This document shows positions 1-11,770 of a stretch of DNA of 64,000 bases, in pieces. Origin of the DNA: Phaeosaccion multiseriatum (lineage: Eukaryota > Protista > Ochrophyta, other classes). The notes beneath the pieces are model-generated. The model was not told where the DNA came from and ran no database searches. It saw only the letters and a program-made list of their open reading frames with translations. The stretch spans positions 3,534,001 to 3,598,000 of the forward strand of contig OZ218950.1 of NCBI GenBank assembly GCA_965112735.1, written 5' to 3'. The stretch's first letter is position 1. Every line of letters begins with the position of its first letter. Both the position numbers and the translations under genes were made by a program.

Positions 1-587
1 GGTGTGAGGTGTGAGGTGTGAATGAACTGGATGCAGCAGAGAGAGATCCGGTTTGCGGCGGTGGAAGAGGGAAACGTAAACACACGACCTAGCGGTTGGG
101 GAATGGTAGTAGAAGACTTATAGGAAACAGGAGAGGGAGAGAGGAGGGCGATAATAGGATAGAGGAAGGGGACTTTCTGCTTGAGCAAGCCTCCGCAGGG
201 GAATGTGAATGTGGGTATATAGACACCCGGCAGATGCCTTGCAAAGCAAATCACGGCCACAAGAGAGGCGGGAAGGGGGCGTGAGAAACAACCACCTTCC
301 TTGCTGACAAAACGCACATTCTACAACAGTATTTTATATCAACTGTATGCACAAGTATTTTCATGGGGCCTCCCCGCCTTGGGGCAGAAAAGACTTCTCT
401 CAGTGATTAGTAAGGCCTCCCGCCGCTCCTCCAAGGCTGTCCTAAAGGGGCGGAAGGAGTTGATGACCACGCCAGCACCGCACCCGTCTCCGGCCACTGT
501 GTGCAGGTCTGGTCGGTGTGCTCCTCCCCCCTCTTCACTTGCTCTCCGCGCTCCCCGCCTTCCCTTCACTGTGTGTCTCTCTCTCTA

Positions 588-2680
588 TCACGTGTCTTCG
601 TCCTCCTCCATCTTGCGCCGGAAGGCCTGTTCCTTGTCCACTGCCCGTGCCATGGCGTCCAAGAAGGCGCCACAGGAGCAGGAGGCACGCTGCACAAAGA
701 AAGCGTGCGCCTGAAACGGGAGTTTTCGAAGTGCCCTGCCACTCAATCCCTCCCCCTGTTCACAGATGTACAGCAGACGCGAGCCGTACTGTGCCACTAA
801 GAGTTGCTGCTGCTCATGCTGCTGCTGCGGCTGGGGCCGCGATTGGTATTCTTCCACCGCTGTTGTCGTCGTCGTCGTTGTTGTTGTTGCTGCTACTGCG
901 ACTGAATACTCCGGCACGGGCCTCGGAGGGTTGATGATACCAACCCGCATCAACTCATCGAGGCAGCTCCTCAAGATGACGTACCGGGCATGGCAGGAGG
1001 GTAGACCGATGTACTGCTTTACGTCGGCACGGTCGCTGCGGAGAGGGGAGGAAGGAAATGTAGAGTCATCAGCCATTTGAACACTCTCGTTCAGCGAAAC
1101 GTGACCCACACACATATGCACACACACACGCACACACACATACACACACGTACATGAAGGCGAGGTCGATAGCCTTGGAGATGTTGGAGGTACAGAGAAT
1201 GAGCACGTTCTCTCGGCTGCTGAGTGCGTCGATCTGTGTCAGCACGGCGTTGACCACTCGGATGGCGTCTGAGGGCTCATTCCCGCTCATGGCAGAGGAA
1301 CGGGCTGCCGCCAGGCTCTCCACCTCGTCGATGAGTATACACACAAGGCAGTCTTCGTCATCCGCCTGGTCGCGAATATGGTCAAATAGCTTCTGGACGA
1401 GCTTCCCGCTCTCGCTGAACCACTTGCTAAAGAGGCTGTGCGCGTTGATCTCCAGGAGCTGCGTGCTCCCGAAGCGGTGGTTGAGCCTGATGCTGAGCTT
1501 GTGTGCCAGCGCCTTGCACAGAGAGGTTTTGCCTGGGCATGCAAGTGCGTGTGAGTGCGTGCGTGCGTGCGTGTGTGTGAGTGCGTACGTGTGTGTATAT
1601 ATGTGTGTGTGAGTGCGTGTGCGCACGAGCGCGTCACAGAGAGCAGACGGAGAAAGGAGGAGTAGAAACATCCGCCCTCTGGGAGTACGGAAAGTAAGAG
1701 CCGGGCTGGAGTTCGCAGTCAAATCCGGAACAGAGTCACACTTACACCCCGGCACCGCCATTCAATAGGTCCACACGTTCGCTGCACTGACCTGTCCCCG
1801 GGGGCCCGTGCAGCATGAACACCCTATTCACGGCAATGACGTGCCGACTGACGCTCTTGTCCGAGAACAAGAGCGCCGTTGCCGCATACTCCAGCAGCTG
1901 ACGCTTGATCTCCTCCTCGATCACCAGGCTTTCCCACAGGCCCTGCAGCTCCTCTGCAGGCAGCAGCCACTGATCGCACGCGTTGACCTCTTCCCCGTCC
2001 GAGCAGCCGTCGATCACCTCCTGCTCTGCTCCGTCTGAAGAGAGGCTGAACACGCGCACACGGAGCTCTGCCTGCCAAAAGGACACCGTCGAAAGCCCCC
2101 CCCCGATGTCCACAATGGCTGCGCTGAGAATCATCTTGTCCAAGTCGGAGAGGTCGCTGTCGGTGGCAGGACTGGCGCCATCGTCCCCACAGCCGCCCGT
2201 CCCGCCCTCTCCACTCGCCCCGCCATTCTCATCGTCGCTACTATCTCCATCGACTCCAGCGCTGCCCTGGAGAGGGATGGTCCCCACTTGGTACGAGGAG
2301 TACGTCTGGAGCAGGGCCGTCACCCGGTCGTGCACGTCCACGAAGGACAGGAGGCACTGCGGAGATACGTTCACTTCCACATGGACTGCAATCCTGTCAA
2401 CCTCGCTACCCAGGCCATCTTCCGCTACTGAAGCGGCTCCAACTCCTCCTCCGCCTTTACCCGCTGCTGGGGAGGGTAGCACCTGCGGCCGTAGCTCCAT
2501 CTGCACGTCTTGTTGTTGATTCGGATCCTGCCGTTGTAGAGGTGGTGGCGGAAAGTGGTGCGGCTGCAGTCCGTGTTGCTGTTGCTGTTGCTGCTTCTGC
2601 GCCTGCTGCTGCTTCTGTTGTTGATTGATCTCATCGTGCCGTTGGTAGTGCTCTTGCTGAGCCTCGAGGGAGTACATCAT
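588..2680 (-). CDS. TRIP13: Pachytene checkpoint protein 2 / TRIP13 AAA+ ATPase (3 exons: 2680-1792, 1532-1154, 1035-588)
   Basis: Walker A HGPPGTG|[15 protein letters not shown] split by a GT-AG intron; [19 protein letters not shown]; Walker [10 protein letters not shown]; [17 protein letters not shown]; DLAFI|DRAD; [16 protein letters not shown]. All are PCH2/TRIP13 signatures, and the splice phases are consistent. Confidence 0.95.
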
Positions 2681-2782
2681 CTACTGCACCCACTCCCGCG
2701 AAAACCTCGTGCATGGTTTCCGCGACGAGGCGGTTCAGCACATTTCACTTCCACCGCGCCTCGCCTCCCTCGCACACACACG

Positions 2783-5383
2783 ATGCGCTTGCTTGAGGGG
2801 TCCATGACGCTCTTGCTTGCGGTAGTGGGGCTCATTGCTCTGCCCACCCTCGGGCTCGCCTTCACCCCGAACACAGCGGCCAGGTAGGTTGCAAAAGGAA
2901 GCAACTACACAGGTGCTCCCCAACCCACTTGTACTCGATCTTCAGGAGGGCAGGGTCATCGCCCACCTCCCCGCCTCAGAAGTGTGATTTCTATCGTCTC
3001 ACTGCTTCCTCTCACTGCTTCTACACTTGCTGTGCTGCCTCTGGTGCTGTGCGGTTGTGCCTCGCCCTCCAGTGCCCTGGGTCATTGCAGCTTCGCCCAG
3101 CGAACACCACAGGCAGAAGCAGCATCAGCGCCTACCTCCACCTCTGCGACAGGGATAACAGGAGGGGGAAGTTCTTGGACAAGACGGGAAGCAATAGGCG
3201 CACTGGCAGGAGCTATAGCAGGCCCTTCCCGTGGGCTGAGAGGGGGGAGCGCTTTGAGCATGATTGGTCCCAAAGTGGGTGAATCGCCAATGGTGATGGT
3301 AAACGGCCTGCCCGGGAACATGGGGAGGGAGGTGGCCGCAGCGTGCCTCAGGAAAGGGATGAGGATTGCCCCGTATGGGCTCACTGGTCCCAACCAAGCG
3401 CTGGAGTCGGTGGAGGTTGACGACGGGGAAGGTGGGCCAAAGACGACAGTCAAGCTCATCAAGGACTTGCAATACGCGGATGGTGTCATGATCGGCATCA
3501 AGGTGAGCTTGAGTGCTCCAGCAGTGGGAATATATGCTGCCACGATGTCCTTTTCGGAAGGTCGGAGAAAGCGAAGAAGAACAAAAAAAAATGGAGGGGA
3601 CGAGCAGAAGGAAGAATGGCCTTGCCATCTTTGCTGATCTTCCTCTCTGCTCACCTTATGGTGTCCTTTTCTCCCTCTATTTCTTTCTTTCATTGCCAAT
3701 TTTATCCTTTCATCCTCTCTCTCTCTCCCTCTCACACACACACGCACACACACACAATCTCTTTCCCCCTCTCACTCACACATACGCACCACCGTCCCCG
3801 TCTTTCCCCAGGCTGCGGTGGGCGCAGACCTGGTGGTAGTGGACTACACCCACCCGGACGCGGTCAACACCAACGCCGAGTGGTACGCCGCCAACGGACT
3901 GAACTTCGTCATGGGCACCACGGGCGGCGACAGGGAGAAGCTCCTCAAGGTCACGGAAGACAGGTGGGAGCGTAGCGGCTGTACCACCCGTACCCGCACC
4001 AGCTTGCGGTCCTTGTCATTTGCTTTGAGCTCTTCAAATAAGGGGGGAGGTTGTAGTGCTCGCTCTCCGTCCCTCCATCCCTCCCACACAGCACGCACTC
4101 ACTCATCAGCACTACTTTCATCATCAGTCAAGTCTGCTCTGCTGTGCCCCCCCCCTAACCCTCTCCACCCTCCTTGTACCCCCCCTGCATCACTCGATTC
4201 CCTCTCGGTCACGTTGTTGCTATCTCTCTCTCTCTCTCAACCCTCCCCCCCCCCCCAGCGGTGTCTACGCAGTTATCGCCCCCAACATGGGGAAGCAAAT
4301 CGTCGCTCTGCAGGCCACCATTGACCACATGGCGAAGGAGTACCCCGGCTCGTTCGATGGCTATAGGTGGGTGACGTCCACAAGAGAGAGAAGTGTTTGT
4401 CTGGCTCTGGAGCGTTTCGGCTTGTGGCGCTCGTTTCCATACCGCATCTTCTCCTTTTCTTTCCAAGTCAGAGGCTTGCATTCTTCCCTTCCGTAGATTT
4501 CCAATCTGTCGGACTTGGGTCCCTGGTGTCTTCCTTCCAGCTGATCGGATTTCCATTCCCTCTTCCCCTCTCTCGCCCCACCCATGTCGTCCAACCTCGT
4601 CTGTCTATCTGTCTGTCAGCCTGACCATCACTGAGTCTCACCAGAAGACCAAGGCCGACACCAGCGGCACAGCGAAGGCCCTAGCCCAGGACTTTGCCAC
4701 GCTGACGGGCAAGCCCTTTGAAGAAGAGGACATTGTGAAGATTCGCACGGAGCCCGAGCAGATGGCCTTTGGCGTGCCGGAAGACGCCCTCACAGGACAC
4801 GCGTTCCACACATACTCTCTCAAGGTGAGTGAAAGGAACGAAGTACTGCCATGGTTGAGCAAAAAGTTTTTCCGCGGTGAAGCGCTAAGAGAGAAGGGGA
4901 AGTACTCCTTCACTAATTTTTCTCGACTCGTGCAACCTCACTGACGCGCATCGCCTCGGGTTGGGGGCCCTCCTCCTCCCCCTCCCCATGTAGGGCCCCC
5001 TCCCCATCCCGTTTTTGCCCCCTTCGTTTGTGTCGCCCATTCCCCTGTGTAGTCAGCCCCAACGCTCTCTTCATTGTCATGTAAGCGCCTGTAACACTCA
5101 CATCTGCCTGCCCGATCGCCTGTCTGTCTGTCTGCCTGTCTGTCTGTATATATATATATATATTATGTATATATATATCTGTCTCGCTCTCTGTCTCTAT
5201 GGTCTGTAGTCCGAGGATGGTTCTGTCGAGTTTCAGTTTCAGCACAATGTTTGTGGGCGGCGCTTCTACGCAGAGGGCACGGCAGACGCGCTGGCCTTTC
5301 TGCACAAGAGAATCATCAAGAAGGACGGGGGCGACAAGAAAGTATACAACATGATCGACGTGCTCAAGAAGGGGGGCATCTAA
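2783..5383 (+). CDS. dapB: 4-hydroxy-tetrahydrodipicolinate reductase (DapB), probably plastid-targeted (6 exons: 2783-2883, 3073-3502, 3812-3963, 4259-4366, 4620-4824, 5210-5383)
   Basis: VMVNGLPGNMG Rossmann motif, VVDYTHPDAV, FVMGTTGGDR, VIAPNMGKQIVA, ESHQKTKADTSGTAKA, GHAFHTY, FQHNVCGRRFYAEG. N-terminal signal peptide ending LGLA-FTP (ASAFAP-like). Confidence 0.95.
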
Positions 5384-5423
5384 ATGGAGGCACATGGGTC
5401 TTGTAAATGGAGGCACATGGGTC
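5381..5423 (+). repeat. 20-bp direct duplication including the dapB stop codon
   Basis: TAAATGGAGGCACATGGGTC at 5381-5400 and 5404-5423. Confidence 0.9.
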
Positions 5424-6078
5424 CCTCGGCAGTTGTGGACTGGCTCCCTGGGCATCTCACTTCGTACCCTGCTGGGGTAGGAGGTCACTCAGGTGTATGT
5501 GTGTTTACAGGTGCGAGGACTTTGTGGTGTGCCTACAGAGCACAGCAGAGCAACTGATGTCACCCAATGAGAGTGGGGGGGAGGGCGGGGCTCTGTTAAG
5601 GAAGTTAATGAGCATGGGCAAGACAGTAGGCCAGCAGTTGATTGGCAACTGCTTGTTGGTGGCCGCCCATCCTCCCCTCCCCATCACTGCTCCTTTCTCT
5701 CTCACTGCGCATCTCCTCTGCATGATGGCGGAGACCAAGGCCCGCCCCTCCCCTCCTTTCAGCATCGCTTGAAGACTGTCCCACAGGCTCAGCAGCTCAG
5801 GCCAAGGACAAGGGTAGTACAGTGCTAGCCAAGAGGAAGGATAGGCCGGGAAAAGGAAAGGAAATTTTTCTCTCCTTCCTTCTCTCAAGTTAACTCTGAC
5901 CTAGAAATTAACAGTTGAGTGAAATTGAGAAAAGTCGCCTCCCGCAGCAGCGACTCTTGTCTCCGAGCCCCTTCCGTTCCGGGCCTTACCCTCTGCTGCT
6001 CTCCTCTGCAGCACCGGCCCGTCCACCTGCTCCTCCTCCTCCTCTTCCGCCGCCTTGTCCTCTTCCTCCTCCTTCTCT

Positions 6079-8434
6079 TCATCCTCCTCTTCCGCCGCCG
6101 CCTCCTCCTCTTCCTCTTCCTCCTCCTCTTCCTCCTCCTCTTCGTCCTTCTCCTGTTCTTGCTGCTTGAGCGGCTGCTGGCGAAGTCTGACCCTTCAGCC
6201 TGTGGACGGTGTCCTCCTCTGCTGCTTCTCTCAGGACCCTCGCTTCTGTGGCCGCTCGTGCCACGGCTGCCTTCGACCATCGGGGGTCAGTCACAGCAGC
6301 ACCGGCGCGTGACGATGTGTGCCCTCTGCTCAGCTCCTTTGTGGTCAATGCTTTGCCCCTTCTCCGGATGGCCTCCTCGCCTGCGCTAAGCACCGCTCCA
6401 AACACTCCGCTCCTGCCCTTTAGAGGCTTGCTCCCCCCCCTCCTCCTACCGCGCTCTCGCTCCTCCTTCTTTTTCTCTTGAGCAGACAAGTCCATGTTCC
6501 GCTGCATCCGCTCCACCAATGATCTGTACAGAGGCACCTCCGCCACGCCTCCCGGTTTGACCTTCCCCAGCTTAAACGGACCGAAAGATGTCCGGATGAG
6601 CCGATTGACGGTGAGCTTGAGGTATTCGCACACCTTACGAACTTGGCGATTCTGGCGTGTCGTTGTGAGTTTGAGGGAAATAGACGAGGGGAGATTGAGA
6701 CCAACCAGGGCGTCGAGAGTAAGAAAAAGCGGAAAGGTTGGGGAAGAGATACAAAAAAATTCCTGCTTTCCCCCTCCTTCTCCTTCCCTCCGTGCTACTT
6801 TTCTCCCCCTTCTCCCGTCCTCCCTCACCTTCCCCTCTGTGCACTCGATGACCATCCACGTGTTCTTGTTGGTCGTCTCCTCCATCCAGCAGGTCATGGG
6901 CTTGTACCTGAGGTAGGGAGGGGGGGTGCGCGAATGAGAATGAGGAGGGAGAGGAAGAGGAAGGGTGAGAAGGGGTTCCACTGAGTCTGTTTGCAAGCTG
7001 CGGATAAGAGAGAGAGGACGGACACGGCAACACAGGCTCAAGGCTGGACGCATTCCTTTGTATACGTCCACGCACGATGGGAAAAGCTTTATCAATCAAT
7101 CAGTCAATCAATCGATTCATTGATCGATGGACGAAGAAGCATCGCTCAGAGCATCAATGGAGCGAACAGCAAGCCTGAAGAACGTACTTGATTCCGTCGA
7201 TGATCGGGCCGTTGCGGATGGCACGAAGCTTCTCCTTCGTCACCTACAGGCGGGTGGCGGTGGGGAGTAAGCGAGGATGGATGAGGAATGAGTGGGGCCT
7301 GGAGAGTAGGGCTCCTTCCTTCGCAGGCCCAAAGCAACGTCAGACAGAGACGACGGGTGGGGACATGTACGTACGTTGCCGTGCACTCGAACACGGTACT
7401 GCCGCACAATACCGCTGCCAGGGTGCTCCAGCAACCGCGCGAGGTCGCCGTCATTGGACAGCAGAATGAGCCCTTCAGTCCAATAGTCCAGCCTGCCCAC
7501 GGCCTTGAGGCGGTCGGACATGCCCACGTGCTTGACGCGCTGCAGGAGAGTTTGCCTGGGGGTGGGGGTTGTTGGGTTGGTGAAGAGCGAGCGAGGGTGG
7601 CGGTGGGGTGCACTTGCGTATCGCCACAAAGGACTTTTGTGGATGTTGGGGGAGGCCTCCCAAGACGGCAGAGGAGGACACTTTGTGCCAAATGCCAGAA
7701 GTGGGGGAGAAAATACGTGTCGGCACCTTTCGCTAATACGTACGGACATCCCGTCGCCAGTCACCCTTTCCCCTCCTCTCACACAGCCCCTCTCTCCCAC
7801 AGTCCCTCGATGACATACTGACATACCTGTCCTTGGGGTCAGACCTTGACACCAACTCGCCCGGCAGCTTGTGACACATCCAAAGCCGAGGTCTCTCCAC
7901 CTGCTCGCTAAGCACCTTGCCTTGCACCATCACTACATCCTTCATTGTGACGTTGAGCGCGGGCGAGGAGATCTTCTCCCCGTTCACCATGACAGCCCCG
8001 TCAAGACACATCTGCTCTGCCTCCCGACGCGAGGCGACACCAGCCCGGGCTATCCGCTTGCTCACTCGCATTGGCCCATGGCCCCGGCCCATGTCCTCGC
8101 TCGACACAGCCCCCCCCTCCTCCTCGGTTGGAGCGGGTATGTACTGCGGATACTCCTCCGTTTCCCTCAGAGTCTTCGGCTCCTCCGTCCTCGTCCCGCC
8201 ACTTCGGGCCAAGAAACTTGCCCATCTTTTCCAGTTTCCACTGCCGCGGAGACTGTTTCCGCCTCGTATTATCTGCGGGTCATCCCTGCGTGATTCTAAG
8301 CCCGTGCTTGACCAGAGGCACCTGCTGCTCGTGCCAACAGAGAAAGCCGTGTCCGAGCGTGCCGTCACCCTAGATGCATTCACAGGCTTCCCATTGAGAC
8401 ACCGACGCACGCCTTTGCTCACGCTGGGCCACAT
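6079..8434 (-). CDS. rluB: RluB/RsuA-family rRNA pseudouridine synthase with S4 domain, probably organellar (5 exons: 8434-7827, 7555-7375, 7243-7188, 6907-6829, 6651-6079)
   Basis: S4 domain RVSKRIARAGVASRREAEQMCLDGAVMVNG; HKLPGELVSRSDP; catalytic VGRLDYWTEGLILLSNDG; EGK|NRQVRK; RLIRTSFGPFKL. Arg/Ser-rich N-terminal presequence. Confidence 0.9.
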
Positions 8435-8540
8435 TTTCCTCTGTGGTTAAATTGCTGTGGTGTGGGGCCTTGATTTCCCTGTAGTAAGTCAATGAAAGTC
8501 GTGAACCAAACCAAGCATGTCGACGCCGTAGAAGAATCGA

Positions 8541-8820
8541 TCGGCCCTGGAAGAGGTTATCAGATTACTGATTACGGCCGGCGCAGCCGGCCTGATTACT
8601 GATTACTGCCGGCGCCAGCCGGCCTGATTACTGATTAAGGCGCCAGCCGGGCCTGATTACTGATTATGGCCGGCGTCAGCCGGGTCTGATTACTGATTAT
8701 GACCGGCGCCAGCCGGCCTGATTACTGATTATGACGGGCGCTAGCCGGCCTGATTACTGATTATTGGCGCCAGCCGGCCTGATTACTGATTATGACCGGC
8801 GCACACTGTAACCTCTTCCA
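8541..8820 (+). mobile_element. MITE family A copy 1 (TCGG terminus; 8 tandem GATTACTGATTA + GC-hairpin units)
   Basis: Starts TCGGCCCTGGAAGAGGTTA, ends TAACCTCTTCCA (inverted match). AATCGA flanks both sides (8535-8540, 8821-8826), but the right AATCGA could instead be a decayed GGGTCGA terminus. GATTACTGATTA at 8563, 8594, 8626, 8655, 8688, 8720, 8752, 8781. Confidence 0.8.
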
Positions 8821-8958
8821 AATCGATAGCCACAAGATATGCTGCCGGCACACGCCTCTAGCTCATGGGATCATGGCGTCGAATGGCGTGCCGACTGGGA
8901 CCGGCAATGGCTGATAGCGCGCCGGCTGGCGACTGGCCTGCCCTGCCCACATGCCTGT

Positions 8959-9135
8959 TCGACCCTGGACAAGGTCACATAGTCAGAAATTAGGCCGGCT
9001 GGCGCCAATAATCAGTAATCAGGCCGGCTGGCGCCGATCATAATCAGTAATCAGACCCGGCTGGCGCCATAATCAGTAATCAGGCCGGCTGGCGCCGGCC
9101 GTAATCAGTAATCAGATAACCTTGTCCAGGGCCGA
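8959..9135 (-). mobile_element. MITE family A copy 2, inverted relative to copy 1
   Basis: TIRs TCGACCCTGGACAAGGTCA ... TAACCTTGTCCAGGGCCGA; perfect 6-bp TSD GCCTGT (8953-8958, 9136-9141); 4 intact TAATCAGTAATCAG units plus 1 degenerate unit. Confidence 0.88.
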
Positions 9136-9749
9136 GCCTGTCATTCCGCTGCCCACCTAACTTCTACTGGGCGCTGCGACGGCGATCGCTGATAGCGTGG
9201 CGGCTGACCCCAGCGATGGCGATAGCTCAACAGCGTGTCATGGGTAAAAAAAAAAAAAAAGGAATCATTACTGTAAAAAAGGTGCTTGTTAGATGGTGAG
9301 CATTCTTGCTCTTTGACATACAATAGTCCCATTTGACAACAACGGGGTGCCTCCTTCCGAATCGTAAGTCACAAAGTGAAAGAGAGAAGCCTGTGAACCT
9401 GTGGAACGGAAGCAACACACAACTCAGGCATCCCTGGCTCGCGAACAACTCTATGACTTTGCTCGCTCACTTCGCTCCTTCGCTCCGGCTCACTCCATCA
9501 AATCGAGCCAGAGGATCAATCGAGGGGCCGGGGCGGCCGTATAGTCGTGTAGCTGCCGTCTGGGTGTAGAGCAGAAGCAGTTATGGTAGCAGGGGTCGTC
9601 CGTCTGCGAGAGACGCTGGTGTCCCAAGTTCCACCCAATCTTCAACTGTTTGGAGGGAACCACTCTGGCTACTTCCCTGGCTTCCCTACCACGGGGCGTA
9701 CCTCCTCTCCGAGGGAAGGGTCTCTTCACCTGCCCCTCCCGCCGATCAG

Positions 9750-10579
9750 CCGTTGAGCTTTACCCTGCCTGTGGCAGTCCCGAGGGAAGGAGGGGCCTCA
9801 CCCAGGTCCCACTCCCCCCTCACCGCCGGCGGCTGTGCCTCCAATGGTCGCCTGGCCATAAAAATCCCGCCTTGCACCGCCCTGTTCAAGGATGGGTTCT
9901 TGTTGTTCATGCTCGCATTCCTCGCCGCTACAAGTAGTGGTGGCCTGCAGAGTCTCTGGTCTGTGGCACTGCAGTAGTACCTCGGGCAGTGGTCTTACAA
10001 GATAGTACAGCAAGCGACTGCTGGGGGACGACCCATTTCCGAGGTGCCCCCTCTAGGTAAGAAGCTGAAGGACCATCGCCAGCGCAGTCCAAACTCATGT
10101 GAGCGACACAGCGGGCCTGGCTGGCCGGCGCGCATTTGGTTTCCATGGAAACTGATTTACCCCAGGGCTCGCTCCAATGCCTTGGTTCCCCGGGAGTGAC
10201 CAAGCAGCTCCAGCAGCATAGCCCTGGAGGCCATGTATCCTCCCCCCCCCCCTCTTTTCTTTCGTATCCTCCTCTCCTGCTACATGTCCTCCTCGAGCTT
10301 CTCCAATCCATTCAACTTGTACCACCTCTGCATGTAGAAGAGCCAGCCGCAGACCGCCAGAGCGACCCCCACAGCTCCTCCAAAGAAGAAGAAGACATCC
10401 CGCATAGCCCTCTTCTCTCGGAGCCTCATTTCCCGGGCCAGGCTTCGCCTTTTGGTCACGGCCTCAAGGTCCTGTTGCTCCTCCTCCTGCGGGGCATCCA
10501 TGATGCCTAGAAGAGGAGACGTCTCATTCTCTATAGCGTCCGGATAGGGCCCCCTCTCATGTCTTAAGCCAAGCGCCAT
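9750..10579 (-). pseudogene. Decayed gene for an unknown single-pass membrane protein
   Basis: ATG 10579, TM segment VFFFFGGAVGVALAVCGWLFY. In-frame TAG at 10280-10282, after which the frame continues protein-like (QERRIRKKRGGGGGYMASRAMLLELLGH), then more stops. The 3' limit is uncertain. Confidence 0.35.
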
Positions 10580-10663
10580 GATGAAAGATTCTTTCTGTAT
10601 TGTGGAGGAGACGAAAACCGTTACACACTATCCAACTTAAACTTCGGGGTCTCTACTGTATAT

Positions 10664-11619
10664 TCGGCCCCTTCCCCTAGCGGCCTAGGCCTATTTGGGA
10701 AAATTGCCCGGCCTAGCGAGGGCCGTAGGCCCTCGTCCTATTTATATGCCACCGCCTAGGCGGCCTAGGCGGGCCGGAGGCCCGCGCGGCCGAGGGCAGA
10801 CGCCAGCCAACTAGGCGGACGGTGGGAGTGCCCAGAGTGCAAAGAGTAGTCAGTTTCATTGCATTGGATTGGAAGTGAGGAGTAGACTTGGTTCGTGTTG
10901 TCTCTTCCGCCTCGCTGGCCCTACGAGGAGTGCAGACCTACAAGTGTGCTGCTACCCACTGGCTGGGCGGCACAACGCACGCGCCCACGGTCACTGGAAG
11001 GCTGCCTAGAGGCGGGCTATATATCGGCCCCGTGCACGCCTAGCGGCCTAGCCTCTAGGCCGCTAGGCCGCTCGCCCGGGGGCTAGGCCGCTAGGCCGCT
11101 CGGCCTTCGGCCAAAATAGGCCTAGGCCGGCGGCCTTCGGCCGCTCTAGGCCGCTCACTTTTCAGCCCTAGGCGGCCTCCCAGTGACCGTGGGCGCGTGC
11201 GTGGTGCCGCCCAGCCAGTGGGTAGCAGCACACCTGTAGGCCTGCACTCCTCGTAGGGCCAGCGAGGCGGAAAGAGACAACACGAACCAAGTCTACTCCT
11301 CACTTATCCCATGCAATACATTTGCTTAAAACTGACGACACTTGGGCGGGTTCCGGGCCAGCCCAGGGGCATATGAGCATATTCCCGCCCTGGACCTGCG
11401 CCTAGTTGGCGTCTGCCCTAGGCCGCGGGCCTCCGGCCCCCGCCTAGGCCGCCGCCTAGGCGGCCTATAAATAGGCCGAGGGCCTACGGCCCTCGCTAGG
11501 CCGGGCAATTTTCCAAAAGAGGCCTAGGCCGCTAGGCGTGCACGGGGCCGATATATAGGCCGCCTAGGACTGAAAAGTGAGCGGCCTAGAGCAAAACCGC
11601 TAGGCGTGCATGGGGCCAA
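10664..11619 (+). mobile_element. MITE family C outer copy (CCTAG-rich), interrupted by an inverted sibling
   Basis: Begins TCGGCCCC (10664), ends GGGGCCAA (11619; probably CCGA with CpG decay); perfect 6-bp TSD GTATAT (10658-10663, 11620-11625). Confidence 0.85.
11024..11551 (-). mobile_element. MITE family C inner copy, nested in opposite orientation
   Basis: Perfect 28-bp TIR TCGGCCCCGTGCACGCCTAGCGGCCTAG; perfect 6-bp TSD TATATA (11018-11023, 11552-11557). Its interior is the reverse complement of the outer copy (e.g. 10873-11008 vs 11168-11305). Confidence 0.9.
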
Positions 11620-11770
11620 GTATATTGGTAAGGTCGAACTTTCCTTGCATGAGACATGCCTAATGAGACATGAGCTACACGCAGACACCCTGATGCCTGT
11701 CTCTGTCTCTGTCGACCCTCCGTGGGAGGCGGCAGTCCTCTCACTGCTCGCACTGTTCCTTTTGGGTGCC

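Larger units (their letters stand above)
8513..9244. mobile_element. Older degenerate TIR element (family B) hosting two younger MITEs
   Basis: Imperfect terminal inverted repeat (CATGTCGACGCCGT at ~8516 vs ACAGCGTGTCATG at ~9230-9242). Internal blocks TCGATAGC, CTGATAGCG and GCCCTGCCCA(C/T)ATGCCTG, and the end AGCTCAAC(T)AGCGTGTCA, are shared with 48046-48338. Confidence 0.5.

Noticed and set aside
1-21. Telomere-like repeat (GGTGTGA x3) at the window start
   Set aside because: Only three units, not a canonical telomere motif; GT-rich simple repeats are common in this window.
8563-9115. CRISPR array
   Set aside because: The segments between the constant 12-mers are near-identical hairpins rather than unique spacers; the arrays are bounded by TIRs/TSDs; no cas genes; eukaryotic context.
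9460-9497. CTCGCTCACTTCGCTCCTTCGCTCC motif suggesting a viral or mobile-element end
   Set aside because: Short, single occurrence with no partner inverted copy and no viral ORFs nearby.
10664-11619. Helitron termini (many hairpin + CTAG motifs)
   Set aside because: The elements have TIRs and 6-bp TSDs, which canonical Helitrons lack; CTAG is an internal repeated motif.
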